From assembly GCA_951406725.2 (NCBI GenBank), contig OX597822.1, forward strand, positions 111,972,001-112,036,000: a stretch of DNA of 64,000 nt. The letters run 5' to 3'. The stretch is from Octopus vulgaris. Its lineage: Eukaryota. Below, piece after piece: positions 12,646 through 25,590 of this stretch. The position numbers and the translations under genes were made by a program. The first letter of the stretch is position 1. Each line of letters begins with the position of its first letter. The notes beneath the pieces are model-generated. The model saw only the letters and a list, made by a program, of their open reading frames with translations, made no database searches and was not told the DNA's origin.

Positions 12646-13927
12646 CATCATCATCATCATCATCATCATTTAACGTCCGCTTTCCATGCTAGCATGTGTT
12701 GGACGGTTCAACTGGGGTCTGGGGAGCCCGAAAGCTGCACCAGTCCAGTCAGATCTGGCAGTGTTTCTACAGCTGGATGCCCTTCCTAACGCCAACCACT
12801 CCGAGAGTGTAGTGGGTGATTTTATGTACCACCGACACAGGTGCCAGACGAGGCTGGCAAACGGCCACGCTCGGATGGTGTTTTTTATGTGCCACCGACA
12901 CAGGTGTCAGACGAGGCTGGCAGACGGCCACGCTCGGATGGTGTTTTTATGTGCCACCGACACAGGTGCCAGATGAGGCTGGCAAACGGCCACGATCGGA
13001 TGGTGCTTGTTACGTGCCCACAGCACGGAGGCCAGTCGATGCGGTACTGGCTACGGCCACGTTCGGATGGTTTTCTTGTGTGCCACCGGCACTGGTACCA
13101 CAAAGATACAAATTCCATTGATGTTCATCTATTTTGATTTGTTTTGATTTTCACTTGCCTCAACAGGTCTTCACAAGTGTCACAAGAAGAAAGGTATGCA
13201 CAGGTGGACTGACTACGTCCCAAGTAGGGGCCATGGGTTATGGCACTGACTACAGCACTGATGGATTTCTTGTGTGCCACAGGCACTGGTACCACAAGAT
13301 ACAAATTCCATTGATGTTCATCTATTTTGTCTATTTTGATTTGATTTGATTTTCACTTGCCTCAACCGGTCTTCACAAGTGTCACAAGAAGGAAGGTATG
13401 CACAGGTGGACTGACTAGTCTTGCCGGGTCTTCGGAAGGTGTTTTTATGTGCCACCGACACAGGTGCCAGATGAGGCTGGCGAACGGCCATGATCAGATG
13501 GTGTTTGTTACGTGCCCACAGCACGGAGGCCGGTCGATGCGGAACTGGCTACGGCCACGTTCGGATGGTTCTCTTGTGTGCCACTGGCACTGGTACCACA
13601 AAGTGTGTGCCACCGGCACTGGTACCACAAAGATACAGATTCCATTGATGTTCATCTATTTTGATTTGTTTTGATTTTGATTTTCACTTGCCTCAACAGG
13701 TCTTCACAAGTGTCACAAGAAGGAAGGTATGCACAGGTGGACTGACTACGTCCCAGGTAGGGGCTATGGGTTATGGCCTGACTAGTCTTGCCGGGTCTTC
13801 GGATGGTGTTTTTATGTGCCACCGACACAGGTGCCAGATGAGGCTGGCGAACGGCCACGATCGGATGGTGTTTGTCATGTGCCCACAGCACGGAGGCCAG
13901 TCGATGCGGTACTGGCTACGGCCACTT
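12646..13927 (-). repeat. Repeat family A (RTE 3' UTR-derived), expanded into a tandem and higher-order array
   Basis: (CAT)n-ttaacgtccgctttccatgctagc...ggatgcccttcctaacgccaacc core, then about 60-bp modules and reiterated blocks of roughly 300-360 bp. Confidence 0.88.
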
Positions 13928-15565
13928 TAGTTATTATTATTATTATTATTATTATTTTTATAAAGGCAGCAAACTGGCAGAATCGTTAGCATGCCAGGCA
14001 AAATGTTTGGCAGCATTTCGTCTGTCTTTACAGTCTAAGTTCAAATTCTGCCGAGGTTGACTGCATTTTCATCCTTTTGGGGGATCAATAAATTAAGTAT
14101 CAGTGAAACACTAGGATCAATGTAATCAACTAGTTCCCTCCCACAAAATTTCAGGCCTTCTGCCTTTAGCAGAAAGGATTATTATTATTATTATTATTAT
14201 TATCATTATTATAAGGTGACGAGCTGACAATCATTAGCATGTCAGGCAAAATGGTTGGTGACATTTTGTACGACTTTACATTTTAAGTTGAACTGTTGCT
14301 GAGGTTAACTTTGCTCTTTATGCATTCGGGGTTGATAAAATAAGTACCAGTTGAGAACTGGGGTGGGGGGGGTCGATATAATCAACTGGTCTCCTACCAC
14401 AAAATTTCAGGCATGGAGGCACATGGCCTAGTGGTTAGAGCAGAAAACTCACAGTCGAGGGATCGCGGGTTCGAATCTCAGACCGGGCGATGTGTGTGTG
14501 TGTTTATGCGCGAAACACCTAAGCTCCATGTGGATCCGGCAGAAGGTAATGGCAAAACTTCTGCTGACTCTTTCGCCACAACTTTCTCTCACCTGCGACG
14601 GACCGGCATCGCGTCCAGGTGGGGAACCTACACGCCAAGGAAACCAGGAAACCAGCCCTTATGAGCCAGGCATGGCTCGAGAAGGAACAAACAAAATTTC
14701 AGGCCTTGTGCCTATAGTAGAAAGGATCATCATCATCATTAGCAGCAGCAGCATCAGATGGCAGTAAATTTTCAAGGAGAGGAGCTTGTTCTATGCTTGT
14801 TTTGCTAAGAATGACCTGATATTAAGGTAATCAATATAAAATGATTTGCATGTCTTAATGAGTTAAAACCTCAATCAAGAGATCAATAATTTGATTTTAA
14901 TTTTGAAAAGAAGAAAAAGCTTCACACCACCATATTAACCCTTTCATTAATGTATTTATTTTGAGACGCTCTGGGTTTCTTTCAATTACTTTAAATATAA
15001 CAAAGAATTTAGTAAAATAACTTAGTTATCATTAAACTAGTTATTGTTTGTAAGATGGTTAATAATTTTATGGGTGTCTGCCAATTCAGCTGCCAGATGT
15101 CGGAGTTTCAATGTGTCCATGCCCAGGGAAGTAAGGCTTTCTACCAATTCACCATCACAACACAAGGGACTATGTGGTTACTCAACCTCACTCACATCAG
15201 ACCCTATCTTCTTACATAAGGAAAGATTACATTAGATAATATAATCCTAAATACTCTTAATAAGATAGGATGGCCACATCTGGAATATTTTATTCATAAA
15301 TCTGCTCACTCTCAAGGTTCATTTGTGTCTAAACAACTTACTATCAAAATACATAATTTTTCAGAGGGACACAATTTTGTTATCAACTAAATCAACAATA
15401 ATCAATTTAATCCTTATTTTATCAACTCTGACACAATAAAAATCAAAATTAACCTAACTTTGACTGAATGAAGTCAGAATAAACCTAAGATACAAGACAT
15501 GAACTACACAGTAACAACAACAAGAAAGTCTAATGGAATATTTAGTGAAAAAGAGTAAAACTTAC

Positions 15566-15702
15566 GGAATCTGAGTCTCGTGTTTCTCGAACCATTTTCA
15601 GGCGATTAATTTGTGATTCCCGTACTTTAGTGTTATCAATGGCTAAAACATCAACTGTATCTTCTTCCTTCAGTCGGTACTTATTCACTCCAACAATTAC
15701 CT
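15566..15702 (-). CDS. MMUT: MMUT exon
   Basis: cag|[47 protein letters not shown]|gtaag. Confidence 0.94.
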
Positions 15703-15777
15703 CTGAAAATAATTACAATGTAATGCAAATATACGTACATACAAATATGCATATATATATATATATATATATCATAA

Positions 15778-16006
15778 GGCGGCGAGTTGGCAGAAGCGTT
15801 AGCACGCCGGGCGAAATACGTAGCCATATTTCGTCTGCCGTTACGTTCCGAGTTCAAATTCCGCCGAGGTTGACTTTGCCTTTCATCCTTTCGGGGTCGA
15901 TAAATTAAGTACCAGTTACGCACTGGGGTCAATGGAATCGACTTAATCCCTTTGTCTGTCCTTGTTTGTCCCCTCTATGTTTAGCCCCTTGTGGGTAGTA
16001 AAGAAA
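15778..16006 (+). mobile_element. tRNA-derived SINE family C (copies at 630-830(-), 4576-4805, 9272-9503(-), 13964-14410, 24180-24370(-), 41910-42075(-), 55122-55348, 56697-56917(-), 58135-58540)
   Basis: ggcggcgagctggcagaa head, gagttcaaattcc B-box, central gcctttcatcctttcggggtcgataaa domain. Confidence 0.85.
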
Positions 16007-17000
16007 TATATATATATATATATATATATATCATCATCATCATCATCATTGTTTAACGTCCACTTTCCATGCTGGCATGGGTTGGACGATTTGACTGAGG
16101 ACTGGCGAACCAGATGGCTGCAGTAAACTCCAATCTGATCTGGCAGAGTTTCTACAGCTGGATGCCCTTCCCAATGCCACACAACAACAAACAGACTTCA
16201 CTCTATTTGCGTACAGGTCCCAGACCAGCAATTCATTTCATTTTGAGGAGATCTGAGGACATGGTATTTATTACTTGATTAACTCAATTAAGGTTGATCT
16301 AATTAAGTAAACCTGCAACGCTAATCCACAGCCCAATGAGTGGAACATCATCATCATCATCATCATTTAATGCCCGCTTTTCCGTGCTTTGATGGGTCAG
16401 ATGGAATTTGTTGAAACAGATTTTTGTCACCAACCCTTCCTGTCACCAACACTCCCCAGTTTTCAAGAAAGGTAATATTTTCCCTCGGTTAGACATGAGT
16501 TTCGATGTGAGACCGGAAATGAGCAAACTCACTTGTATGATGATGATATTTATTTACAACCATCACATATCTACACAAGAGTACACACATGCACACACAC
16601 ACACACATCATCATCATCATCATCGTTTAACATCCGCTTTCCATGCTAGCATGGGTTGGACGATTTTGACTGTGGGCTGGCGAACCAGACGGCCGCACCA
16701 GGCTCCAATCTTGATCTGGCAGAGTTTCTACAGCTGGATGCCCTTCCTAACACCAACCACTCCGAGAGTGTAGTGGGTGCTTTTACATGCCGGTGTCTCA
16801 GAATTAACTATCTATTTCAGTGAAATTGCACAATTGTTTTTAAAAACTCACTTTTATTTACATTTATCATATTTAATGTTTAAAGCAAATAAATTTTTAA
16901 TCTTGTTTATAATTTTAGTATTTTACAATTCTTTTGTCATTCTTGTTGGATCCCACTTATCTCTCCACAACTGCTTTTCTTTTTAGTTTGGCTATATATA

Positions 17001-17410
17001 CGAGGGGGTACCCAAAAGTAAGCAGAAATGCTCTCTGTGGAACAAACTTGTGGTTCAGGCTTCTGCTACTAGAAGCCACTTGATGCAACCTTCAGGCACC
17101 AGTCTACCAACTGGCAGCATTCAGTGGGGTCATACTGCCATGTGAAGCATCATTGTTTTGCAGTATTTCTCCCTTGTTCATTGATTTTTGCAACGGCTGA
17201 AACAAAGGAACAGTGTGCTTCCATGAAATTCTGTTTTCTGTGGGGGAAAAATGGCAGCTGAAACAGCTGTCATACTTCAAACAGCTTACAAGGACGATGC
17301 CATGAGCAAAGCACAAGTTTACAAGTGGTTTCCACATTTTAGAAATGGTCACTTGCTGCTTGAAGACCAACTCCATTCAGGACAACCGCTGACCTTGCGG
17401 ACAAATGAAT
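17001..17410 (+). mobile_element. Mariner 5' fragment (second family)
   Basis: ta|cgagggg terminus; AAETAVILQTAYKDDAMSKAQVYKWF..F..G..LEDQ.HSGQP HTH domain. Confidence 0.8.
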
Positions 17411-17499
17411 CATTATCTAAGAAACATAATCAGTAACGAGGTCAGTATTCGGAAAGTATATTCTTTCTTGTCAACATACCAAAGCAACCATATACTTAC

Positions 17500-17605
17500 C
17501 ATTTCCACCATCAATTCTCGCCTGCCTTTTTGCAGCACATTCTTCTATCTTTAGTTTTGGCATGCCAGAAGCAACAGCTTTAGCCATTCCACCAAGATCT
17601 TCTAT
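17500..17605 (-). CDS. MMUT: MMUT exon
   Basis: cag|[35 protein letters not shown]-g|gtaag. Confidence 0.95.
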
Positions 17606-17799
17606 CTGAAAATATAAAAAGAGACTGATCGTTTGGTTATTATTATCAAAGTTGGTAATGATTACAATGAAGATGATGATGACAGCGATATGAACTTGTA
17701 GCATATTAAATAAAATTACCATTATTCATTAGTAAAACTTACAAAAACAAGAGAATTCAAATATCTTACATAATAATTACAACAATAATTATACATTAC

Positions 17800-17883
17800 C
17801 TCATTGATCAAGCTAAGTGCAGACTCATAGATCTCATTGGTCAGCGTTTCCATCATGTAAGAGCCACCCCAGGGGTCAGCGAC
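17800..17883 (-). CDS. MMUT: MMUT exon
   Basis: tag|[28 protein letters not shown]|gtaat. Confidence 0.95.
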
Positions 17884-18090
17884 CTATGAAGCATAGGAAA
17901 TAGAATTTAAACAACTCAAAAGTCAAAACCATATCAAAGAATGGATCACAATTTATTCTATAACTTTTATCTAATTGTGCAATAATATACAAAGATTAAG
18001 ATGTTTCCAACCCAACAGAATTCAGTGAATCAAGCAATGATTAATAAAAACTGTTCAATGGAAAACAGATGTTTAATGATGATGAAGAAG

Positions 18091-18146
<56 letters not shown>

Positions 18147-18197
18147 ATTTTAAACATCTCTTTTTAACATTTCATCAATACTTTTCTTATATTAGTA

Positions 18198-18716
18198 CTA
18201 GCAGTATCGCCCGGTGTTGCTCGGGTTTGTAAGGGAAATAACTATATACGCATTTTTAGAGAGTTACTTCCCTTATAGATGCCAATTCGGGCTTTCTTAG
18301 CCATTTCTGTTTTGGTGTCTTCAAGCCATGAAGTCATTGTTCTAAAAGAACGCTGGTCTCCTTGACAACGCTTTATGACGTTGATTTCCTTACACTCCCT
18401 TCCCCACAGCTTCACGAGGGAGGGAAGAAGGGGGAGAAGCAAACACAGGTGCAGGTGTTTGAGCGTGGACGCCAACTCCGCCGCCATCGACACACGAAAA
18501 ATTATGCATTAAAATGGAATTAAAAATGATGTTAAATTATTTTAAAAATCGTAGACTCATCGTAGACGCGCGCTAATACTCAGACGGGCTCGATATGAAT
18601 TACGACTATAAGATACCCGAATTTGGTTAAACTGCACCGCAAAATGTGGGAGTAGTTAGGAATCTAAATCGAAGGGGACAGACACTCACACAACTACAGT
18701 TTTATATATATATAGA
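18198..18716 (-). mobile_element. Non-autonomous Helitron with an extra internal GC-rich segment
   Basis: Same termini; about 220 bp at 18277-18497 is absent from the other five copies. Confidence 0.85.
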
Positions 18717-19067
18717 TATAGTCACAAATTTGTAAGGGAGGAGATAAGTAACTATATATATATATCGTACAAAGTAAGATAGGGGTTATGGGTGTAACCC
18801 ACTATGGGGACACCTATAGGTAATGAAAATAAAATTAACTACTTTTAGCCATAGGCTGAAACAGCTGTAAAAAGTGATTTTAATGATTTCAATAATTTAA
18901 ATTATGACTCGTATAATTTGTATTCTTATTTTATATGAATTGAATTATAAGATATATATGTATGCTATTGATGTTCTCATTTTGTTAAATGAATAAATAA
19001 TCCAACATTATAATATCCAAAAGTTGATGAACAAACTAAATTTGTTTCTCCATTTTCTTTTTTGTAT

Positions 19068-19098
<31 letters not shown>

Positions 19099-19200
19099 CT
19101 TGTCTTCATTTTATCAGTCCTGCCAGGATAAAGGCAAAGTAAACTCATACAGTATTGAAACTTGAAACTTAGAACATAGTGAGACAGACCTATCTATATA

Positions 19201-19240
<40 letters not shown>

Positions 19241-19242
<2 letters not shown>

Positions 19243-19744
19243 GTAAATCCTCGAGTATAGTCCACCCTTGAGTATAATATGCAGGGTATTTTTAGGGGAC
19301 TGTACCTCTGAAAAACCTAAGACTTGTGTATAATACATACCCTTCTCTAACTTGAGCCAAGGTCTATATAACGTCCTTGGTTTGTAAAAATGTATACGGT
19401 AACGTCCTTTATTATTATTGTATATATATATATAACATAATGCAAACGTGTAGCCTTTTTGTGCATTTTGTTTGCAGAAAATAAAGAAATAACAGTAATG
19501 ACGTTTAATGAATGTTGCTTACTACAAGTTATAGATGAATATTTTATGACTTCATTGCTTTCAGGCTTAGCTTAACGTATTTTCAAACCCGACATCACAA
19601 AATACATCTGAATAAACAGCAAATAGAAACTCGGACATTGCTTAGAAAATATTTTTTATTTTTAACCTCGTGTATAGTACGCACTAGGGATTTTGACCTT
19701 TAAATTTTAGGAAAAAAATGCGGATTATACTTGAGGATTTACAG
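19241..19744. mobile_element. Tc1/mariner-superfamily (Tc2/pogo-like) MITE
   Basis: TIR ccgtaaatcctcgagtata / tatacttgaggatttacag with TA flanks. Confidence 0.8.
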
Positions 19745-19769
19745 TATGTATATATATATGTATATACAT

Positions 19770-20148
19770 TTATCAATTTGTTTTGCAAGATTCCTGATTT
19801 GAAATCATGTTGAAACAGATATTGTTATATTTTGGGACGGTCATTTTGCCAAATAAACACACACACTATATATTTGTTCTTCACTCCTTTATTATTGTTC
19901 TTTTTTTTTATTTTAACTCCTGTTCATTGTCTGGAAAATTTTGTCGCACATCTGTGACTTCTTCAGCGACACAAAAACAAAAAGTGTTGCTGAAGAGATC
20001 ACAGATGTGTGACGAAAGATTTCCGGACAATGGATATGAGTTAAAATAGGGAAAAAAATAAGAACAGTAATAAACAAGTGAAGAACAAATACATAGTGCG
20101 TGTGTTCAGTTGGCAAAAAAAATGACTATCTTGAAATACAACAATATA
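19770..20148. mobile_element. Palindromic Penelope-like remnant with hammerhead-like core
   Basis: Inverted arms of about 155 bp; CTGAAGA (19990) - stem II tcaca/tgtga - GAAA (20014). Confidence 0.6.
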
Positions 20149-21212
20149 TATATGTGTGCATGTATATATATATACATATGTATATATATATATATATATA
20201 CACTGTAAAGTGATTGGCATTTGGAAGGGCATCCAGCTATAAAAATTATGCCAGAACTAACCTCGCCTGTGCTAGTGCCATATAAAAAGCACCGAGTCCA
20301 CTCTGCAGAGTGGTTGATGTTAGGAAGGGCATCCAGTCATAAAAACCCTGCCAAAACAGATAGAGTAGCATAGGGTAGTTTTTCTACCTGGCCAGCTCTT
20401 GTGAACCATCCTACCCATGCACGCATGGAAGCTGGACATTAAACGATAATAATGGTGGCACACATCAAGCTTCTTTCAGTTTCCATTTTACCAAATCCAC
20501 TCACAAGACTAAATACTTTCGACACTCTACCATTTCTGCCACTCCACTGCTTTCCCTATTGATCAATATTTAAAAACACCATCAAAAACAGACCTAAAGT
20601 TCTACTAAAAATCATTCTGTTACTGAAAGATAAGATGAAATTTATTTGGTAACAAAATCGACAAAACCTAAAATGAACTCTAAAATTTTATAACAAGTAA
20701 AATTTCATCTTGAATTCATCATCATCATCATCATCATCGTTTAGCATCCGCTTTCCATGCTAGCATGGGTTGGACGGTTCAACTGGAGTCTGGGAAGCCA
20801 GAAGGCTGCACCAGGCCCAGTCTGATCTGGCAATGTTTCTACGGCTGGATGCCCTTCCTAACGCCAACCACTCCGTGAGTGTAGTGGGTGCTTTTTACGT
20901 GCCACCAGCACAGAATTGTTGTTTACAATTATTTTTAATCTGAACTTCAAACCAACAGGAATAGCAAAAGAAAAAAAAAAAAACCAAACTAGCATTACAG
21001 AGAAAAGGCTAAACTTCTTCAAAGACAGGTTTAGGCAAATTACATGAGTGGTTAACAAAAGAAATCCAGTATAGAGATGACCCGCAAGATCCTCAACAGA
21101 TGTCACTATTGGTTCTTTTTCTTAAAAACAGTTGTAAGGCTGGTAGAGAAAAAGACTAACAAAGGATGAGTATAAACACAGATGAGGTGTTCATATCATC
21201 ATCATCATCATC

Positions 21213-23476
21213 ATGTCAGACGTATCTGTGTGCGCCCCTCTTGCCAAGAGTGATCATGCGGTCCTGAAGTTTGTCATGCACACAACTTTTTCCACGCCCA
21301 CGATTACTTCGCTGCCACGTAGAGTCTTCTCTGCAATTAATCTTGAAATTCTAACCGAGGCTTCCGCGCTTCTGGACTGGCGTTCCCTGATGACGTTGTC
21401 CTCAGTTGACGAACTATGGTCATCCCTCAAAGCATATGTAATCTGTTTGACTGACCAGGCAGTTCCCGTTGGACTTCCCAAGAGGAAGAAACACAAGCCC
21501 TGGGTGACGAAGAAGGTTAAACGAGAACGTCGACTCAGAGATATTGCTTGGGCTGAATTCAAAAATCTGGATTCGATGCAGCTTTTGAGGTGTACAAAAC
21601 TCAACGAGACCGAGCCGTGAAAATTGAAAAGAAAGAACGCTTCAGTTATGAATACAAAATCGCGGCAAATGCCAGTAGCAATCCAAAAACCTTCTTTGCC
21701 CATGTCCAGCGGAATTCCCGCTTGAACAACCAGATTGCAACGTTGGTAGACTCAACAGGCGTATCGATTGAGGACCCTTATCAACAGAGTCAATTATTTG
21801 CCGAGGCTTTTTCAACTATTTTCAAACAAGATGATGGTCGTGAACCCCCTCCATTTGATAGATCGGTACCTCCAATGCTTCGATTGATCATCACGCGGGA
21901 CCAAGTCAAACGTGTTATTCAAGGCCTCGATGTCAACAAGGGTCACGGCCCTGACGGCATACACCCACGGGTTATCAAAGCGTTGGCTCCGGTCATCTGC
22001 GAGCCCTTAACACGACTATTCAATATGTCATTGGCGACAGGTGTTATACCTGCAGACTGGAGAACAGCGATAATCTGCCCAATTTTCAAGAAAGGGAGCC
22101 GCGAAGACCCGCTTAACTACCGACCGGTTTCCCTTACATCAATAATCAGCAAGATGTTCGAAACCATCCTTAAGAAAAGTATGATGCTCCACCTCCTAAA
22201 CACAGCCTCGATCACTGATTCCCAACACGGCTTCGTGCCGAAGAGATCATGCTTGACCAACTTACTAGTAATGGAAGAATTGGTGACGCGCATCCTCGAT
22301 GATAGTGATGCTGTTGACATCGTTTTATTGGACTTTGCCAAAGCTTTTGACTCGGTAAACCACCGCCTACTACTTGTCAAGCTTCAAGCATATAGTTTCC
22401 ATCCGGATATTGTACGATGGGTTGGTGCCTTCCTCTCAGATCGCTCCTTCCAAGTTCAAGTTAATGGTTCGCGGTCCGACGTCTCCAGTGCGAGCAGTGG
22501 CGTGCCTCAAGGTTCAGTGCTTGGGCCCTTGTTGTTCTTAGTCTTCATAAATGACTTGCCCGACGACCTCACGCAACACACCCTTCTATTTGCCGACGAT
22601 ATCAAACTGGTCGCTCCTCGCGGTAGTATAGAGGATCTTCGTCGATGCCTCCACCAAATTTGGAAGTGGTCTAACGATTGGGACCTGTGTCTGAACGTGT
22701 CAAAGTGCTGTCATCTGCCTGTTGGCTCTACTCCTGCAACTCAACTTGATTTCGAGCCGGGTCGTCTGCTGCTGGAGAGGACCGATCAGGTAAAGGACCT
22801 CGGTATCTTGGTGGATTCCTCCTTTTCGCCTTCGGCCCAGTGCGTCCATGCTGCCAACAAAGCGCGCGGAATTCTGTTTTTGATTCGACGGTCATTCGGA
22901 ATGCTCACAGCAGCCATATTCCTGCCACTCTATGTCATGCTGGTGAGACCCATATTGGAGTATGGGATTCAAGCCTCTTCTCCTTATCTCCTCAAAGACA
23001 TACAGCACCTCGAAAGAGTCCAGAGGCTGGCTACCCGCATGGTTCATGGTCTCAAAAATTTGTCCTACGAAGAAAGGCTGAGGACGCTCGTCCTTTGTTC
23101 TCTTGAAAAACGCCGCCGCCGTGGTGATCTCATTCTCGCCCACAACATCATAAGCGGGAAGTGTAACCTCTCGAAAGAGCTGTTCTTCACTCCTGCTCCG
23201 GAGCGACGGCTGCGGGGTCATTCCGAAAAGCTCTACCTGCGACGATTTCATCTCAATCGAAGGAGAGGAACTTTCTCCGTCCGGGTTACGGATCCGTGGA
23301 ACAAGCTGCCAGACGAGATGGTGAAGATGCCGACGACCGCTTTGTTCAAAGCCTCCCTGGACCTCAAGTGGCCTGAACTCTTTACATGAACACCACCCTG
23401 TACTTAACTCCATGTCCCCCTACATGGCCTTGCTATTTGCTTTTGAGCCAAAGTAACTAACTAACTAACTAACTAA
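21213..23476 (+). mobile_element. CR1-clade LINE, 5'-truncated, with open reverse transcriptase
   Basis: SDH endonuclease end, one frameshift near 21561-21565, then a 599-aa ORF with YRPVSLTS, QHGF, DFAKAFD, GVPQGSVLGP, FADD, RPILEY and WNKLP; (CTAA)n tail. Confidence 0.93.
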
Positions 23477-23867
23477 CATCATCGTTTAACGTCCGTTCTC
23501 CATGCTAGCATGGGTTGGACGGTTCGACCGGGGATCTGGGAAGCCAGGAGGCTGCACCAGGCTCCGGTCTTATCTGGCAATGTTTCTACAGCTGGATGCC
23601 CTTCCTAACGCCAACCACTCCGTGAGTGTAGTGGGTGCTTTTTACGTGCCACCTGCACTGGTGCCAGGCAAGGCTGGCATCGGCCACGGTCGGATTGGTG
23701 CATTTTACGTGCCACCTGCACGGAAGCCAGTCGAGGCGGCACTGGCTTCGGCCACAATTCGGATGGTGCTTTTTACGTGCCAATTCCAGTAAAACAAATA
23801 TAGAGTCAGATTAAACAAACCTTTTTTTGCAATCAAATTCATAACAAAAATGGATGAGAGAGGTTTA

Positions 23868-24053
<186 letters not shown>

Positions 24054-24531
24054 CTAGAATAAAGAAAAGTGTTTAAGTCAGTTTGCTAGGACACAAAACA
24101 GGGTCATTTTTAGGCCCCCTCTGAGACAATCAACAAACTTATAAAACCTGCAGTGATACTAATAATCCTTTCTATTATAGGTACAAGGTTTGAAATGTGA
24201 GAGGAGGGGGCTAGTTGATTACATCGACATTAGTGCTTGGCTGCTACTTAATTTATTGACCCCAAAAAGGATGAAAGGCAGTGTTGATCACGGTGGGATT
24301 TGAACTCCAAACATAATGGCAGATGAAATGCCAATAAGCATTTTGTTTGGTGTGCTGCCAGCTCACCACCTTCACAGAGGTAACAGTAGTAGTAATAATA
24401 ATAACAATAATATCATCAATAACAGCAACACCAGACACTGATGCCAAATGCCTTCCCTGACACCAACCCTTTTAGTCATCTCTTACATCATACAGTGTAC
24501 CCATTCTAAAAGCCACACTGTATGCATGTAT

Positions 24532-24584
<53 letters not shown>

Positions 24585-24875
24585 TATAAGATAAGAAAAT
24601 GGAGAAATACATCTAAATCAAATATCAGTTACCAGATAATACTCAATCACATACTTTATTAAACTACCACATAAGAAACTATAAGGTTAAACATAATAAT
24701 GCAGGGTAAAACAGTGTACATGAAGGAGTGTACATAAAATAGTAATGTTATACAATAAGTAGAATACGTATAATAGAACATAAATATAAGTACACATAAA
24801 TATAAATATAGACTAGCAGTATATTGGATATATGTTATCCCATAGTGGGTTGCATTTACAACCCCTATCTCAATT

Positions 24876-24925
<50 letters not shown>

Positions 24926-25590
24926 CAAGAAAAAGAGAACAAATTTCAAAGGTCTGTTCATATTCACTCAATGTATTTCAAAGTGTCAGAATACTCCACA
25001 GTACACATAGGTGCATTCATATACAGAAGATATAATATAAAAATTTATAAATATATAAATATATATGAATTTTTGCGTAATAAGATAAAAAAACCCAAGG
25101 CTGTATAGATAATGCTCTAATATCTATACAGCCTTGGTTTTTTTATCTCATAACACAAAAAATTCATATATACTACACACGCTGACATAGAACGCAATAT
25201 TCGCAATATTACCTAATCTGGAACTTAACTATGGTCTGTCTATAACACTTATTCAGCACTACCTGACACCTTTGGGTCTCAATGACACCATTATCTCTTA
25301 TAACCTCAACTAAATATATAAATATATAAAAATACATAAATGTACTTGCAAGGTTGTATGTCATTATGAAAATCAATGAGGATATTAGAGTACGCGGATG
25401 GTTAACGTATAGAGGTAATCCAAAATGAAGAGAAAGTTGGTATAAAATGATTTTAAAAAGAATCTTGAGCAGGTGCAAAGTCTGATGGCCATTTTGAGAA
25501 GATATAGGTTGGTAAGGATGAGTTAATTCCAACCATAACAATCGTCTATATTTCTCTCGTCAGAGTTAATCTAAGGATTTATAAAAATTA

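Noticed and set aside
12815-13100. CRISPR-like repeat-spacer periodicity (about 25-bp constant part plus about 35-bp variable part)
   Set aside because: The spacers are homologous to each other, the array is part of a dispersed LINE 3' UTR in eukaryotic DNA, and no cas genes are present
14415-14490. tRNA gene (also the heads at 1163, 40359, 44700-44773)
   Set aside because: A and B boxes are present but the acceptor stem and cloverleaf are incomplete, and each continues into a repeated SINE body
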